Shown: positions 38,800-52,222 of the stretch, one piece after another
Position numbering within the stretch: position 1 is the stretch's first letter
Layout of the letters: every line of letters starts with the position of its first letter
Source of the DNA: Raillietiella orientalis
Taxonomy: Eukaryota
Assembly (NCBI GenBank): GCA_036172245.1
Contig: JAYWIR010000050.1
Coordinates: 124,001-188,000 of the forward strand
Length of the DNA stretch: 64,000 nucleotides
Direction: 5' to 3'
Position numbers and translations under genes: made by a program
The notes under the pieces: model-generated
Databases searched by the model: none
Seen by the model: the letters and a program-made list of their open reading frames with translations, nothing else
What the model was told of the DNA's origin: nothing

Positions 38800-41290
38800 G
38801 GAAGAAAATGCAACCATATAAGTCGTCACAGCTCCGCGTCACGGTACTGGTGCCAGTACGAGAGCCGGTACGTCATCCGCAACGTCAAAGGGGAAATAGG
38901 CTTGCAGGAAAAAAACCATCTGGCGACGGATATCTTCGGCGTCCAGCACGGAGACCATCTAAGACAGAAGTCGGTAGAAAAAACGGAGACGTTGCACCAG
39001 CATTACACCTCCCTCTTTGGACGTCGAGATCTGTTCAGTGGTGAGCAAGAGGCTTTCCTACGACACCTACAGAAGAGACTTACCAGACAACAGAAGGAAA
39101 GACTAGGAGAGGAAATTACGATAGAAGAAGTCAGGCAGGCATTCGGAGGACTCCGCAAGGATGTGGCTGCAGGCTCTGATTCCGTGCCCATCTCCTACTA
39201 TCAGCAGTACGTGCACCTGCGGCTCCTTCGCGAGCCGGTGATTCCCATTCAGTAAGAACGAAGGATACCCGAGTCGTGATACTAGAGCAGGATGAGGCTG
39301 GTAAATGGAGGAGATCTGACCAAGGTCACCCAATGGCGACCCATCTTCATCATGAACACGGACGCCAAGTGGCTGGCAAAGATCTGGGCCAACAGCTTGA
39401 GCAAGACGCCCTCATCGGTCATCTCTCGAATGCAGACTTGGGCGATGCCCGGACGCAGAATGTCTGACAACGTGAAGTGTGCTCAGGCCACCATAGGTTA
39501 CAGTCGCTACGTCGCCGACAACCTGGTGCTGGGCTGCATGGATATGGAGAAGGCGTTTGACATCGTGGACCATAGGATGCTTCTTCTGAAGATTTTGAGG
39601 AAAGTGGGCTTACCGGGATACTTCGGCGGATACATGGAGAAGAATCTCGAAGGACACTACTGTAGGATAACCATCAACGAGCAAGACACGTCTGTCTTCA
39701 GGATGGAGAGGGATATCCGCCAAGGAGACGCTTTTAGTTCGATACTGTTCCTGGTATCCATAAACGCAGTGTAGTACTGGTGCACTGTGGTGGCCGTTTT
39801 TCAGTACTTTGACTAGGCGAAGACAGACTGATGGACCTGGTGCATGCCGACGATCTCCTTTTCTTCCTAAATGGAGAGAGGCAACAGCAAACGGTCCTCG
39901 ATGCTGCTCAAGTCCATGGAAAGAGGTCTGTGCTTGAAGATCAACGCTCACAAATCGCAGCAATTGCCCATCGGAATTCTGGACCTTTCCACCTTAACGG
40001 AGACAAAATTGTGAGTGGTGGACGACATCACGTACCCGGAATCCACATTGATGCCGCCTCGGCTTTGCAACCCACGTGGAAATAAATCCTGGGGTAAACA
40101 AGAGAGGCGGCTGCAAACTACGTCCCACTCGACATTTGTCTGAAGCAGAGGACAAGCCTTTGGAAATGTATCCTCTTTCCCAAGCTTCTGTTCAGGGAGG
40201 CCTTATGCCGACTGGACGAAGCAACGAGCGAGGAGTGGAACCGCAGCAAAAAATAGTTTGGAAAGAGCTTAAGCCGCGGGTAAGGCTAAAACTGCTGTAA
40301 CGACCGCGAGAAAAAGGCGGCACCGGGATGAAACCGCTCCAGCGATGCGTGGATCTCCTGGACGTGTGATAAATCCTAAATCTGGCAACCAAATGGGACG
40401 AGTGTACGTGTGCGGAGGAGCAGGGAGCCCACTCGCAGCTGCTCAGCAATTCGGGAGGTCTGAGATCTGTCCCTATTAGACCAACAGCGACATTAAGGAA
40501 ACATCGATTCCACTTGGGAGCGCGAACAGGCACTGGTGAACATCCACGATCTCAAAATAGTGCCTAGAAGTAAAAACATATGAAGATACCAACTGGTGAA
40601 TATCATCCCATGCTTCCCGCGCGTCCTTCGGGACACCCGATAGTGGTTGTTGGACAGGCCAAAGATGACCATGAAGGACTGCGAACAGTTTGAGACCAAT
40701 GACGATCGCAGGAAAATGCGACTGTGACGCCTCATTAAGAAAATAATGAGAAGATTTACTTACAATATCGGGAACTCTGAAGAAATCCTGAATCCGAATG
40801 ATGGCGCCTGATCCTCAGAGGAAATATCCGAGACGCAATAACGAAGATTCCAGACAACCACGACTCTCTGTCTGTGGCGGTCAGCCGCTACGCGTGCAGG
40901 GAGGTGAACCTTCTTTCGGCTGGAACCACGGGCTGAACAAGCGATTTGACACTCATCACTCAAGATGATCTCCTGATGTTTTATCACGAAGGCATCCTGC
41001 GGTGCACGAGGACAAGGCACTGGTCAGGGAAGGCGCAAGACGAGCTATGCAAGGCCGGTTGAGCCAGGGAAACCCAACTATACATCATCACTTGCTAGAC
41101 GCCGCTCCAGGACTGGGCGAAGCGGAAGAAGGTGACAGGCCTGCAGAGGATATACAAGATGGAGATCTTGGCAGGGATGTTTGAAAGGAACGGCGCTGTT
41201 CCTCGATAGAACCCAATGGTCCGAGTCAACGTCGCCCTCTTTATAACGAGCATCGTGGTGAGAAGAGCAAAAATGAGGACCCTAATGTGC
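38800..41290 (+). mobile_element. L1/Tx1-like family B ORF2 relic (linker, RT, C terminus)
   Basis: EEITIEEVRQA...AAGSDSVPISYY, QWRPIFIMNTDAKWLAKIWAN, PGRRMSDNV, MDMEKAFDIVDH, IRQGDAFSSILF and HADDLLF. Confidence 0.92.
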
Positions 41291-44200
41291 GCCAGCTGTG
41301 GAAATAGTGAAAGGTCCATTTAAGAAGGAAATAGCCATAGGAAGTTGTGCAGCACTTTGACGTTCTCTTACACCCTGCGAAGGATTAAGAAACATAGTTT
41401 AGTGAGTGAATTCTTCACGCAATCTTAATGACCTGATGCCCGAAGACTAATCTTGAAAGTGAGATCTTAGAACTAGTGACCATACAGAACACTTTCATAA
41501 AAAGATGTTGAAAATTGATTTACCACACTGCATGTCGGAAAGGGGAAAAACGGGGAGGTCGGAGGGCTGCTGACTGCCTGAGGCGTGCTCGATCGTGGAG
41601 GCTAGTGGTCATTGCCAGCTTTTGCTGCCAGATGCATACATTCTTTGGTATTTATGACTTGAAACGTCAAGGAGCGGCTCATAGCCTGCGAACCGTTTCT
41701 TCTGTGGACGGGTCCGCTTGTTCGGAATGTCACTTCAGATCGCTATGAGTCCGAACGCTGCTCCTCGGTGTCAGGAAAGCAGCTCTCAGGGACTCCTGAG
41801 AACTTTTCCACAGTTAGCACGCTCCCTTCCAGGAAATCCGTGAGGCACCCATTTATCCGCATGTATGCTGCACGTGGAGATTCGAACCCAAAACGCTTCG
41901 TGGCATAACGGATTTTGCGGTTACGCGGCCGGCTGCCTGTGTTTCCCTGTTCTTCACTCAGATGGTCGTCGTAGGTGCCGTCGTAGAGTGCGATCACATC
42001 CGCGACGGAGTCCCTAAAGGTCATGGCGGATGGATGGCCCTCTGTTTCAATGTACATCTTGATGTTTTTCAGTTCCACTTGGCTTCCACTCGAGGCTCCT
42101 CAAAGAGCGCGCAGAAAGCGCCTCCTGGGAGTCGGGCGTCTACGGGAGCTGCTCCCATTCCTTCGCCTACTTTGACCATGGCGACGCGGGAAGGGAGCTT
42201 CCGGAAGGTCATCCCTTGACGGCCGCCCATGCTGCACTCCGTTTTCCCTGCGGTGTGACGCACCGCCAGTAGCAGTTCTCCCGTTACTACGGTGCTGCCC
42301 TTTTAATTTCGTGTGCACCGTGGTCTCTTCGACTTCTGCTTGCTCTGCCGTTGCGCCGGGCTTCCCTGCTTTTTCCCCGCGAGATTTGGTGGACGTTCGG
42401 GGTCGTTCCGCGTGTTTCTCCGCCGCTTTTCTGTCGCGCAATCCTCGGCACGCACACCGCAGGAGAGCACGGTGACCCCTTCTGAGAATTTTGTTCCGCT
42501 TCCTGCGGGATTCCTTCCGAGCGTCCTTTGCAGTTTTCGGGGCGTTCTTTATTTTTTCCGCAATCTCTTTACCGCGTTTCACTTTTATGGCGGCACTTTT
42601 GCTAGCAAGTTCAGGACACTTCCTCAAGTCTTTTCCGGACATCTTGCAATATCGGCATTAACCAGGGGGGAATTTTTCGTTGCGATGCTCCTCTTCACCG
42701 CAATGCTTGCAAGCGCTCTCCTTTTCTGCGTACCACGGGTGAATGACCGCATCGTTCACCCTTAGACTCGCAAATAGCGATAGGCGGTTCGCCATGGTGA
42801 CCCGCGGCGATTCTGCTGTGTAGAGACCGAAAGTCCTTGAAGGTGCACAGAGCATGGAAGGTGACGAACTTTGCCAGCGCCTTTCTTGGGCCGCGGTCTG
42901 AGAAGTCCGACTCTAGGTCTCACATCTTTACAACGAAAGAATCATCCATGGGTCCGAAAAAACCTTCTTGCCACGGATGGACACTGTGGTACGAAGCAAG
43001 CGCTGCACCAGTGCCGCGTCATTGCATCGCAAATTGAAGTATCCTAAGCCCTCAACGGGCAGTATTGCGAAAAGGTTGTCCTCCCTCTAGCGTATGCGGA
43101 TGAATTCGTCGTTGACTTGACCCCCGTCCAGAGCAGGAAGAAACATAGTCACCTGATAACGGAGTGCGAAGTGGTAGCCTTGGCTTCGTAAACATGCAAC
43201 TCTGCTTCAACGAGAGGTCCCTCTTTGACAGCTGTGGCCGCAGCGAAGTCAGCAAAACTTCTCGCCGTTGGCGAGGAAGACAAAATGGAAGCAACCGTGC
43301 ATTCCACTGCTCGTTGAAATCCTTGGAAATCAGGTTCGCCTTGAGCCCGCCCGCTTCGATCTTGCATTTGCGTCTCAGACAAGAAATAGTTCTTTTCTTG
43401 CCTATTGGTTTAAGGCGCTACTGCCGCCTGGAGGGTATAAGTTAGTGACGAGCAGGTCGAGGGAGTCAGACTAACTGAAGGTCAGCTGGCCGATGCGACC
43501 GACACCATCGAACTGCCCTCCCTTTGCCGCGGCCTCGATTCCTGGCCGAAGCACGAAGGCGACGCCACAAGATTTGACGTTACCACAACGAAAGAGCAGC
43601 CATCGAACCGTGTGTGGCTCGATCTCCCGTGCTTGGTCTGCAGAGACCATGTGGATCCCCGTCATGAAAAACTGCTAGGGTAGCGGCCACGTCTCGTCTG
43701 CTGCTGTCGTCGCTCAGCCCGTTCACCTACCAGCAAGCGATCCGCATCCGACGGTGGTATGCTCTTTCCGGCATTAAGGCTGGTAAAGTAGCACTTGAAC
43801 ACCTGGCAAGGTGCAGGTGGGCGAGATGTCCACGGAGACGATGGCCTCCTCGGGTACCTGAGGCACCTGGGACACGGTCTCTCTACCACCTTCAACGCTT
43901 CTATGCTTGAGCGTGGGATTTTCTCGGGCTACGGTTTCCGGAAGTTCCTTAGACTCATCGCACTATCGATTCCGGAGGTCATTTCCTTCTCTTCCAGTGG
44001 GAGCATGATCCTCCGGGGAGCCTTGAACTTGCGTGTAGTCTTCCGGCAGGGTGTCGCGTCGACGGGAGGTCTCTCTCCCGCTTCCTCGTCGCAGTATCAG
44101 ATCACCGAGCATACAATGGAAGATGAACACCTCAGGAATGTTTTCGTTACCTTGGGAGGTTTCTGCAGAGAGGCAGGAAGCTCCTCGCCAGTTCACTCGT

Positions 44201-44596
44201 TAGCGACGCCATTGAGCGCGGGCTCGGTGACGCACATTAAAAGCACCGTACTTCTCATTCTTTGTCGCCGAGAGCGTATACTCTTAGCATACTTTCAGCC
44301 TCTGGTATCCCAATCCTCAAAGATGTCCTTGTTTCTGCGAATCTTTCATCCGGGTAAGCCAAGGCTTTTATTATTTGAAAAACATTTTTACCATTTTTAA
44401 TTGCTGTCAATTATTAATTACTTGTATTTGTGTTGCTTTCAGAACACATTGTTCTTATTTGCTTATCTTTTGCGCTTGTCCTTTCCGACTGGTATGCCGG
44501 TAAGGCCTTCTCCACTGGCGAAGGGGACGGGAAAAAGAGGAAAAAAAAACAAAAGAAATAAAAACGCTTGAGGGACAATGTTTATGGGGAGGGGAG
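39845..44596 (-). repeat. Outer inverted repeat segment 2, right
   Basis: Reverse complement of 3425-8139 with substitutions and small indels. Confidence 0.96.
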
Positions 44597-44599
44597 GGA

Positions 44600-46430
44600 A
44601 GGGAAGGGATCACTGTTCGCCGAGGGGAGGCCTCTGCATTTGGTTCCGGATGCGAACAAGTGCTGGCAGAATATTTCTCAGCCGGCGCCAACGAGAAGCC
44701 TTCTCCATGGAGATGACTGCTCAGTGGATGGCATTCCGATTACTGCAGCCTCATATTGACGCGTTCCACTTGTCCAATATTCCTCGTATGCAGCAGTGAG
44801 CTGCAACACACGCGGCACCTAGCAGCGAGTTCCGCATCAAGAGGGGACGAAAAATATTTCTACGGTCGCCCATCGCTACGTTTATGGCCGACGAGAGTCG
44901 ATCGCACGTTCGGCGGGGAGCAACACATTCGATGAGTGAGTGGTCTCCGTTTCACCACAGTTCGTACAATGAGCAGCCAATCTCCCCAATGTCCAGTGAG
45001 ACAGGCGTGCTCTGCTCAAAACTCCCCAATAGAGCACAAGCAGCGCCGTCTCCTGCCAATCCAAAGGGAGGGTGTCACTGTCCCAATACGCCGGGGGCCA
45101 CTGAACCGCCTCCGGAGGCATATCTGGCATCTCGTTCCAGCGCACAAGACCATTCGGGATTGTAGCGTCCGCTAGTTCCCGGGAAGTCCACACCTTTATT
45201 AGTTTTTCCCTGCATAAGATGAGGCAGGATACTTCCCACGATGCCTCCTGTTGGCTGTCCCTAACTTCCCTGAGGGAGGGCAGCACGGGGGCAAGGGGGG
45301 TGAAGGCAGCCCACATAAGTTTCCGTGGGTTGCAAACGATCTCCTCAGAGGCTGGCCAGCGTTCCTGCCTCGACGGAGGTAGGAGAAGTTCACAACGCTG
45401 GATCCGTTGATTTTTGCCCACGCGGAAACGGACTCCTGGAGCCAGGTTGTCCAGTTCGCGGGGATGCAGGAGATCCACGGGTTGTTTCTCACCAGGGCTA
45501 CCAATTCCCGAAGCTGAAACCTACAATGGTACAGTCTAAAGTCGTTGGCTACGAGGACTGAAGTCAGTCCGCCGCAGCCGGTTGCCCAGTGGGCGAGGAG
45601 GCGTATGGGCGCACACCATGGTGCTGTCCAATATTTTGTCGCAAGGGCAAGTTTCCTTATTTGGAGCTGACGCTCCATGCGCTTCAACGTCAGGAGACCA
45701 AGTCCACCGTCTCTGCGTTGAGCGCACAAGTCTTTCAGTCAGACGCGGGGTCTCCGGTTACCCCAAATTGCTTTTCTGATGTGGCCCCTTGTCCTTGTCT
45801 TAATTTGGAGAGAGGCGAAGCACACAAAAAGTAGAGGGCGAAGGAGGGGGGCCGCAAAGGCGTTCCACACCGCGGTCCGTTCCCGCAAGTAAAGCTCGCT
45901 GTCCCGGAACGAGCCGATCGCTAACTCCACCTTTTGAAGACGGTCGCACCACGCTTCTGCAACGCAGAAGTCCACCAGCGGAACGCCAAGGTACTTGATG
46001 TTCTTGCCGGTGGGGATCACCAAACGGATCCAATCCGACCGTCCTTCCTGCGACGAGTCCGAGAAGATGATCGACGACTTCGTCCTGTTCACCTCGAGGT
46101 CTGTCCCGCGGCGCAGCAACTCGAAGAACTCCTCGAGCGCCGATGCCGGGATGGACTTGGAGAGCAGGTGCAGAAGATCGTCGGCATTGGCCGACACGGC
46201 GAGCGTGCCGAGACACGGGCTCGGCAGGGTTGCCAAAGTCTCCCTGTATGCTCTCAGCATTAACTCAAAGTAGATACTGAAGAGCTGGGGGCTGAGGCTG
46301 TCACCCTGACGTATTTCGCGGCACACCAGCACGCCGTACACGTGTTGCTCTCTGAAAAGGATGTTCCTTGTGAAGGTGCAGCAGCAGGAGGATAGTTAAG
46401 CCGTAAAGGCGGTTGGGAAGGCAGGTCGAC
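44600..46430 (-). mobile_element. Family A ORF2 relic, 5'-truncated and frameshifted
   Basis: ORFs 45739..46341, 45199..45729 and 44882..45478 carry RQGDSLSPQLF, NADD, KYLGVPL and CTNCGETETTH. Confidence 0.92.
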
Positions 46431-47806
46431 TTTGCAATCCTCCCCGACGAGGAGACTTGTTGAGTCGCACGTGGTTTCACACCCAGGTTTGCCAAGTACT
46501 TTATTATTTCAAAAAAAGTAACGAGCATGTGGAGGACCACTGGCCGTTCATTGTCCGAAAGAGTTCGGAACCTGCCGAGGCACCGGCACGCAGGCCGGCG
46601 AGTTTCGCCTCAGCAGCGGAGGGGGAAGGAACAAAGAAATACACACTATTTACAAAAATATGGGGAGACATGGGGAAGAGATCCCAGATGAGGATTCTGG
46701 ATTTCTGCTGCTTCGAGCCACTTTGCCTGCTTGGTGACCCTTTTCTTCGTGTCCACTGCCACCCACTCCGGAAAAGAAACATCGCGTCCGCGGCCTACGC
46801 GCAGCCGCCGCGTGTTCGAAGCCCGCCCGAGGGAGGGTCAACTCACAACGGAAGAATGCACCGTGAGTTTCGGGTCTCCTTGCTGAATGACGCCGGTCGT
46901 CCTCGGTCTGCTGCAGATGTGCTCTCTGACGAATTCTGATGGCATTTCAAGTCGACTTTCCACAGTCCTTTCTGGCCATCAAGTAGTCCCCCGAGGCTTC
47001 CTGTCGGCGTTGAAAATGGAGACTTTCCCCCATTGAGGGATCCATCATCCGCTTATTCCGGGGCATTTTTGGGACATGTGTAGGACCATCGGCCCTACTC
47101 TATCCGAAAACGCTTGCAACCTGTCGAGTCACCGGCATGCAGGCCGGCTAGGATTGCCTCGGCAACGGATGGGGAGGGGCAAACGAAAATTAAAAAACAT
47201 CTAGAAATCAATAATAAAAAAAGAACTCAGGGGGTCAAGAAATGGGATCGGTGTCTGCTGGTGGGTATCCTATGCATTTTTTGATGCCGACAATTTCCTT
47301 CTGATTATGTCCCATATTCAGTCATCTTGCTGCCGTCCTCAGGAAATGCAGGGTAAAGCACATGATATCCCTGTCGCGCCGGCCTCCTCCTGCATAGCCT
47401 CAGGCCGCCACAATCTCACATAGGCAGCATAGGGCTTCTAGGGCTCGAGCAGGCGAAATGGCATCGTGCACGAAGAGGATTTTGATCACGCCTCCGGAGT
47501 AATTCGTTTGGGTACCTAGGGTCGTTGCGGAACTCAAGAACAGAAGTCGGAGGGCAGCACAGTCAAGAAGCAGATGGAGCAGGTATTCCCGTTCCCCAAA
47601 CCTGCATCAATTGGAAGACACAGTCCCCAGGGTCCAATGAGATGGGCAAGCGTTGCACAAATGTCCTCAGTGCAACACCAGGAATGCCGACTCCTGGCAC
47701 TCCAGGAGTAAGACCCATTGTTCTTTAGTGCTCTGTTCTTCATCACTCTAAGGCCTCCTGCGCAATGACCATCAGTTCTCTTCAGAGCAATAATCCTTCA
47801 GGTAGA
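45860..47806 (-). repeat. Outer inverted repeat segment 1, right
   Basis: Reverse complement of 1-1948 with frequent substitutions. Confidence 0.96.
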
Positions 47807-48600
47807 GCAATAAAGGTCACAATGTTCCTGAGATGACCCGTGGTCCAACCACCCATTTTTCCCGTCTTCTGACTGATTTCACAGCCGACCTCTCATTTAG
47901 GCAGCTAATTGCTGCCCAGGTGCTCTTAGGAAGGGCAGTGCCGCAGCTCGCGAGGTTATTTACGCCCCCGCACACGTGGCAGGCTGCGCCATTACGTCCT
48001 GCAGTGTAGAAGGGAGGGCAGAACTCGCTGTCACATCTCCTAAATCGCTTCCTTGTCCTGGAACCGACCTAAAACCAAGCACTACTCCCTTCGGTCAGCC
48101 TGACCACTCGCCGAAACTCCATAACTCAGCAGGACACGTTACGTTTTCTCTGCCGTTCCAGGAACGAAGAGAGTCCCACGTAACCGGTGGCTCGCCTGAC
48201 CGGATGTTGTGTATCAGCGGGTGGTTCACATCTTCGCTACTAGGGCGACTACTCTCCACAGGAGCTGTCGCTTCGGACATTCTAGCTGCTCCAACGTCAA
48301 GAGGCAGAGGCGCCCGTTGACACACGGAGCGCACAGGTTCTTCAGGCGGACTCAACGCCTCCCACTGCCTTACAGGGCGATTCTCAGGAGATCCTTCGTC
48401 CTCATTTTTATAGTTCTCGGTGGAGGGAAAACAAAAAAAAGAAGGCGGAAGAGAAAAGCTACGAGCGTGTTCTACACCGCGACCCATTCGGTCAGAGAAA
48501 ACCAGTCTCTTTGAAACGGGCCGATCGCCCGTTCTGCCTTCTGAAGGCAGCTGCACCACCCCTCTCCATCTTGCCCCTGGAAAGTTGCATCAAAGCCGCC
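47110..48600 (-). mobile_element. Family A relic (thumb region to 3' UTR)
   Basis: WCSCLQKAERAIGPFQRDWFSLTEWVAV*NT near 48560, continuous with the mirror of 1-700. Confidence 0.78.
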
Positions 48601-49377
48601 GGTGCGTCGTGGCTTCCCCGGAAAACCCGTTTGCCTCCTTTCGAAAGCTGCCGCTTCTATCCTACCAAGAGTCCCGGGCAGGGTTCCTCCCAGGACGTGC
48701 GTCTGGATCGAAAGGAACTGAGCGCACGCATCGCGACCTTGGTGGCGTGGCGCTTCTTGGAGGCGATGGAACGGCGCGACCGCTTTCGTGCATGCGCCGA
48801 GGGTTTCGAAAGGAAACAGAGCCAAGCAATCTAGGGGCGATCGCAAAGCAAGCGATCCCCAAGCATCTTCTGGTGCAAGACTGCCGGGCAGAGAGCTAAA
48901 AAAAATCGCCACGACGGCGCTTGGGCGATCCCGGCTGCGTGAGTGGACTGTGACGAAAAATCAGCAATCAGAGGGACACTCAAGGGTGAGAGCGTCTTGG
49001 AATAAGGGTGGAGTCCGAGATCGCTCGGCCCACCATGGGTTTACTCTTTGCGGGAGCTCGGAATAGTCAGGACCGCGTGCTGAGCACGCGGGTTCAAAAC
49101 CTGGCGCACGCGCGCTCGTTAAGGGAGACGTTCCCCATGTCTCTTGAAACGCCCATCTTAGTATGCGGAAATGTCGGTGCAACGGTGCTCTCCATCTCCT
49201 TTCTCCGTTGCGCATCAGGAAAGGTCAGCCGCCGCGGGCTCCGAGCCGGATGCGGCGCGCCAGACCGACGCCTCGGAATATCTCGACGATCCGACTCGGG
49301 ACGCAATCGCCGCTCCCCAGGCCCACTCTTGTCGGGAATGGCTGCGGTTCATTGTCATCCAGCAGAATCTCTCTTAC

Positions 49378-49750
49378 CTTGAGGGACTGTTGATCGACTG
49401 AGGGTCACGTGTACGTGAGGAGAAGACGCGCGAGAAAGAGAAAAGCGGGAAGTGAAGGATTGGAGATCTCTGGAGCGACGGGTCTGCTGCAGAACGGGTC
49501 AGTTCTCCAGCGGTCGACAAGCATTCTGACTTCGGTCCGCCTGCCAGCATCCCCAACTGCCGCATCGATCACCTTCGGTTCGTTGCTGGCGCTTCGCAGG
49601 GGATGAGCGGCGCTGGATCGGCGGAAGGATCGCGCCATCGGCCGGCGTGCTTCGCCTTCGTTCTGGCTTTTTGGTGGCAGCTGCCGTTTCCTTTGCTTGC
49701 TGCTGACGCCGGTCTTCCGCCAGTTCCCTGCGCAGAGCGCATATGACACT
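49378..49750 (-). CDS. Candidate internal exons (49750-49573 and 49397-49378) of a spliced gene of unknown function
   Basis: CAG acceptors (the second preceded by a long pyrimidine tract), GTGATC and GTAAGA donors. The exons join in frame as SVICALRRELAEDRRQQQAKE...QRTEVDQQSLK. Gene ends not located. Confidence 0.4.
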
Positions 49751-50500
49751 CTGGTGGGAAGGGTAGCATGGCCGGTGGGCTCGGTGCATGGTGGGCAGGC
49801 GTTGCCGCGAAAGAAGTGGTCGGAGCGGGGCTGCGCGCGGGAACGGGCAAATCGAAGACTGGGTGTGGGAGTTGATGGTTTCTGGGCTCACGAGTTTCCG
49901 GTTTGTCCTCGAGTTGGGGATACTGCTGGCAAATAGGAGACTGCCTCGACGAAGAGACGGGAGTGCAGGTGGGAAGCTGCAGTGCGCCGTCATCCAAGCC
50001 CGGAGCGTGGAAGAAGAGAGGGACTGGCGAGATGTGAGCACCTGGTTGATCGGCTTGAGGTTTGGGGCGACGCAAGGCGGATCGACCACGTCCGTGGTAT
50101 ATTGGAGAAAGTGTGAGGTTGAGTGCGTCGTAAGAGTCACGTAACGGCACGTGCAAATGTCGGTTGTCTCGCAGTGGAACGACTTCATTCCAGGGACTCG
50201 ATGAAGCTCCCCTTCGACGCCGCGTCCTATGACCGACTACCGAGCGACACGTGCAGCGGCGAAAGGGCGACGGCCTGGCAGTGGGGTCTGAATGGGGCGG
50301 AGTGGCGAGGAGGCAGCCGAGGCTGGACGGAAGAAAAGAAAGCGGAGGAAGGCCAGCGGCGGTCTCGTAGCAACGGACCATTGTTAGTCAAAATAGTCCC
50401 CCATCGTCCCTGTTGTTCCTACTTTGGAGTCCCTGTTTCGCGAGGAGAAGAAGGGCAACAGAAGGAGCAACGGAAGTTTTTAGCGGAGAGAGAAACGCGA

Positions 50501-52222
50501 ATGACGGCATTCAAGGCGTGGATGCGCCCTCACTGGCTCCTGCTGCCAGCCCTGGCGGCGGCTGGCGCAGGATGTCTCCTCCTGCGGGAGAGGATCAGAA
50601 AGAAGCAACACACTGCAGGAAAGGTAAGTCCGTTTTGCTTCTCCCGCTGCTCCGGTCGTTTGGTTCGCGACCGCTTTCCGCGCACCTGTTCGAAATAAAC
50701 GTGAGGAGTGTGGGGGAGGTTTTGGGGATGGAGGGGTAGCGCCCGGAGCCGCTACTGCTCTCGCTGTAGCCGCGGGCGTCACTAACGCCCGTGACGCCAC
50801 CCTCGGCGTCATATCGCCTCGAACCGGAGGCGACGAGGGAAAGGAGGGGGCCTTTCCCATTTCCTCACTGCTCAGTGGTCCCCCGGGAGTCCCCTCGCGA
50901 CATGCGTCGCTCCTTACTTGCTTTCGTAGCTTTGTTTCCCGAGGCGCTTCGAACGCCCTCGGTGTTGCATGGTGCGTGCGCGCGCGCGCGTTGTCTCTAC
51001 GCGGAAGTCGCCTCTCCGCCGTCACCTGATGAAGACGCCAGGAGCCGAGAGAGGTACAGCGGGTGAAACCCGTTGCCCGACATTCGACCACATTAGAAGG
51101 GACAACGAGAGAGGGTGCCCCAGGATTTGCTGGCGCAGCCGCTTTCCAGCGGCAGCTGCGAAAGGGCGACGCCTGCCGTGCCGAAACGCGCTCGTCCGGG
51201 CGCGCATTTTGCAGGGTTGAGCCGGCCCGGCGCCTCCTTCTTCCCTCATCTCCCTCCCGCATGGCTGTCCGTTGCAGAAGACGGATGCTCGCCCGGAGGC
51301 CGAGCGGACTGATGCAGAGACGTTTCGCGCCGTTGGTAGCGCCCTCCCCTACGTCGGGGGGCAGCCCGGAAAAGTCTCCGCACTAGTAAAGGACAACTTG
51401 CGCCTGCGGCAACAGTACCGAGAGGCGCTTCGACAGGCCCACCACTACCAGGTACGTCCCGTCCGCTCCGCTTGCCGCCGGGCCTCGGGGCTACCGAGGA
51501 TGGGGCAGGCAGGCCCGGATGTCCGGCTCGCGTCCTCCTGCTTTCCGACACCCATCTTTTTCCAGGGGCTCTACCGGCTAAGCGAGCAAGCGAGAAGGGA
51601 GCAGAAAGAAGAGCTGGCGACCGCCACGCACATGTTGATCCTCGCTGCCGAGTTCCTGGAGGAGAGCGACCCGACGCAGTCGCCAGGCAGCGCAGCGCGG
51701 GAGCAAATGGAGCCGGAAGTAGAAGACTTGGTGACTGAGAACCCGGGAGAACAGAACCTGGTGACTGATAACCCGGAAGAAGAACACCTGGTGACTGAAA
51801 TCCATGAGGGTGAGCAGGATGCGGACGGGGACGAAAGGTTGGCGGCTTTCGCTCCCGTCTGCCTTCCCTCGCCTTGCTGCGCTGTTTCCTGCGTGCCTGC
51901 CTGGTCCCGTCGTCCGAAAGAGGACGCCGACCCCGAACCCCCAAAATCGGACGGATCTCGAGAGCAGGAGCGCTTTTACGCCCATACTACCAGTAAGGTG
52001 GTGATGATCCGTGCGGTGGAGGGCTCCCCAGGGAAGCAGGAGGCAGTCTTCATGATTAAAAAGCACGCCACCAGGACGGTTGGTGGAGTCACCACCAGCT
52101 GCGCTTTGGGAAACCAACGGATGACTGCAGAGATACCAAAAAGCCGTGACCCGTTGTGCTACGCCTACAGGATTGGTCCAGCGTGCTTCCAGCTACTCCA
52201 CGACATGTTCCGCAGGCCGTGA
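50501..52222 (+). CDS. Putative spliced gene, ~280 aa, with N-terminal hydrophobic anchor, predicted coiled coil and acidic repeats; exons 50501-50623, 51278-51451, 51566-51809, 51921-52222
   Basis: Starts MTAFKAWMRPHWLLLPALAAAGAGCLLLRERIRKK. Donors GTAAGT, GTACGT, GTGAGC; acceptors TTGCAG, TTCCAG, GAAAG. Phases are consistent (843 nt). Extra exons in intron 1 are possible. Confidence 0.62.
51721..51810 (+). repeat. Coding minisatellite, 3 x 30 bp
   Basis: Encodes EDLVTENPGE / QNLVTDNPEE / EHLVTEIHE. Confidence 0.9.

Noticed and set aside
51026..51075. Hammerhead ribozyme (CTGATGA...GAAA)
   Set aside because: The intervening sequence does not form stem II and the flanking stems are absent.
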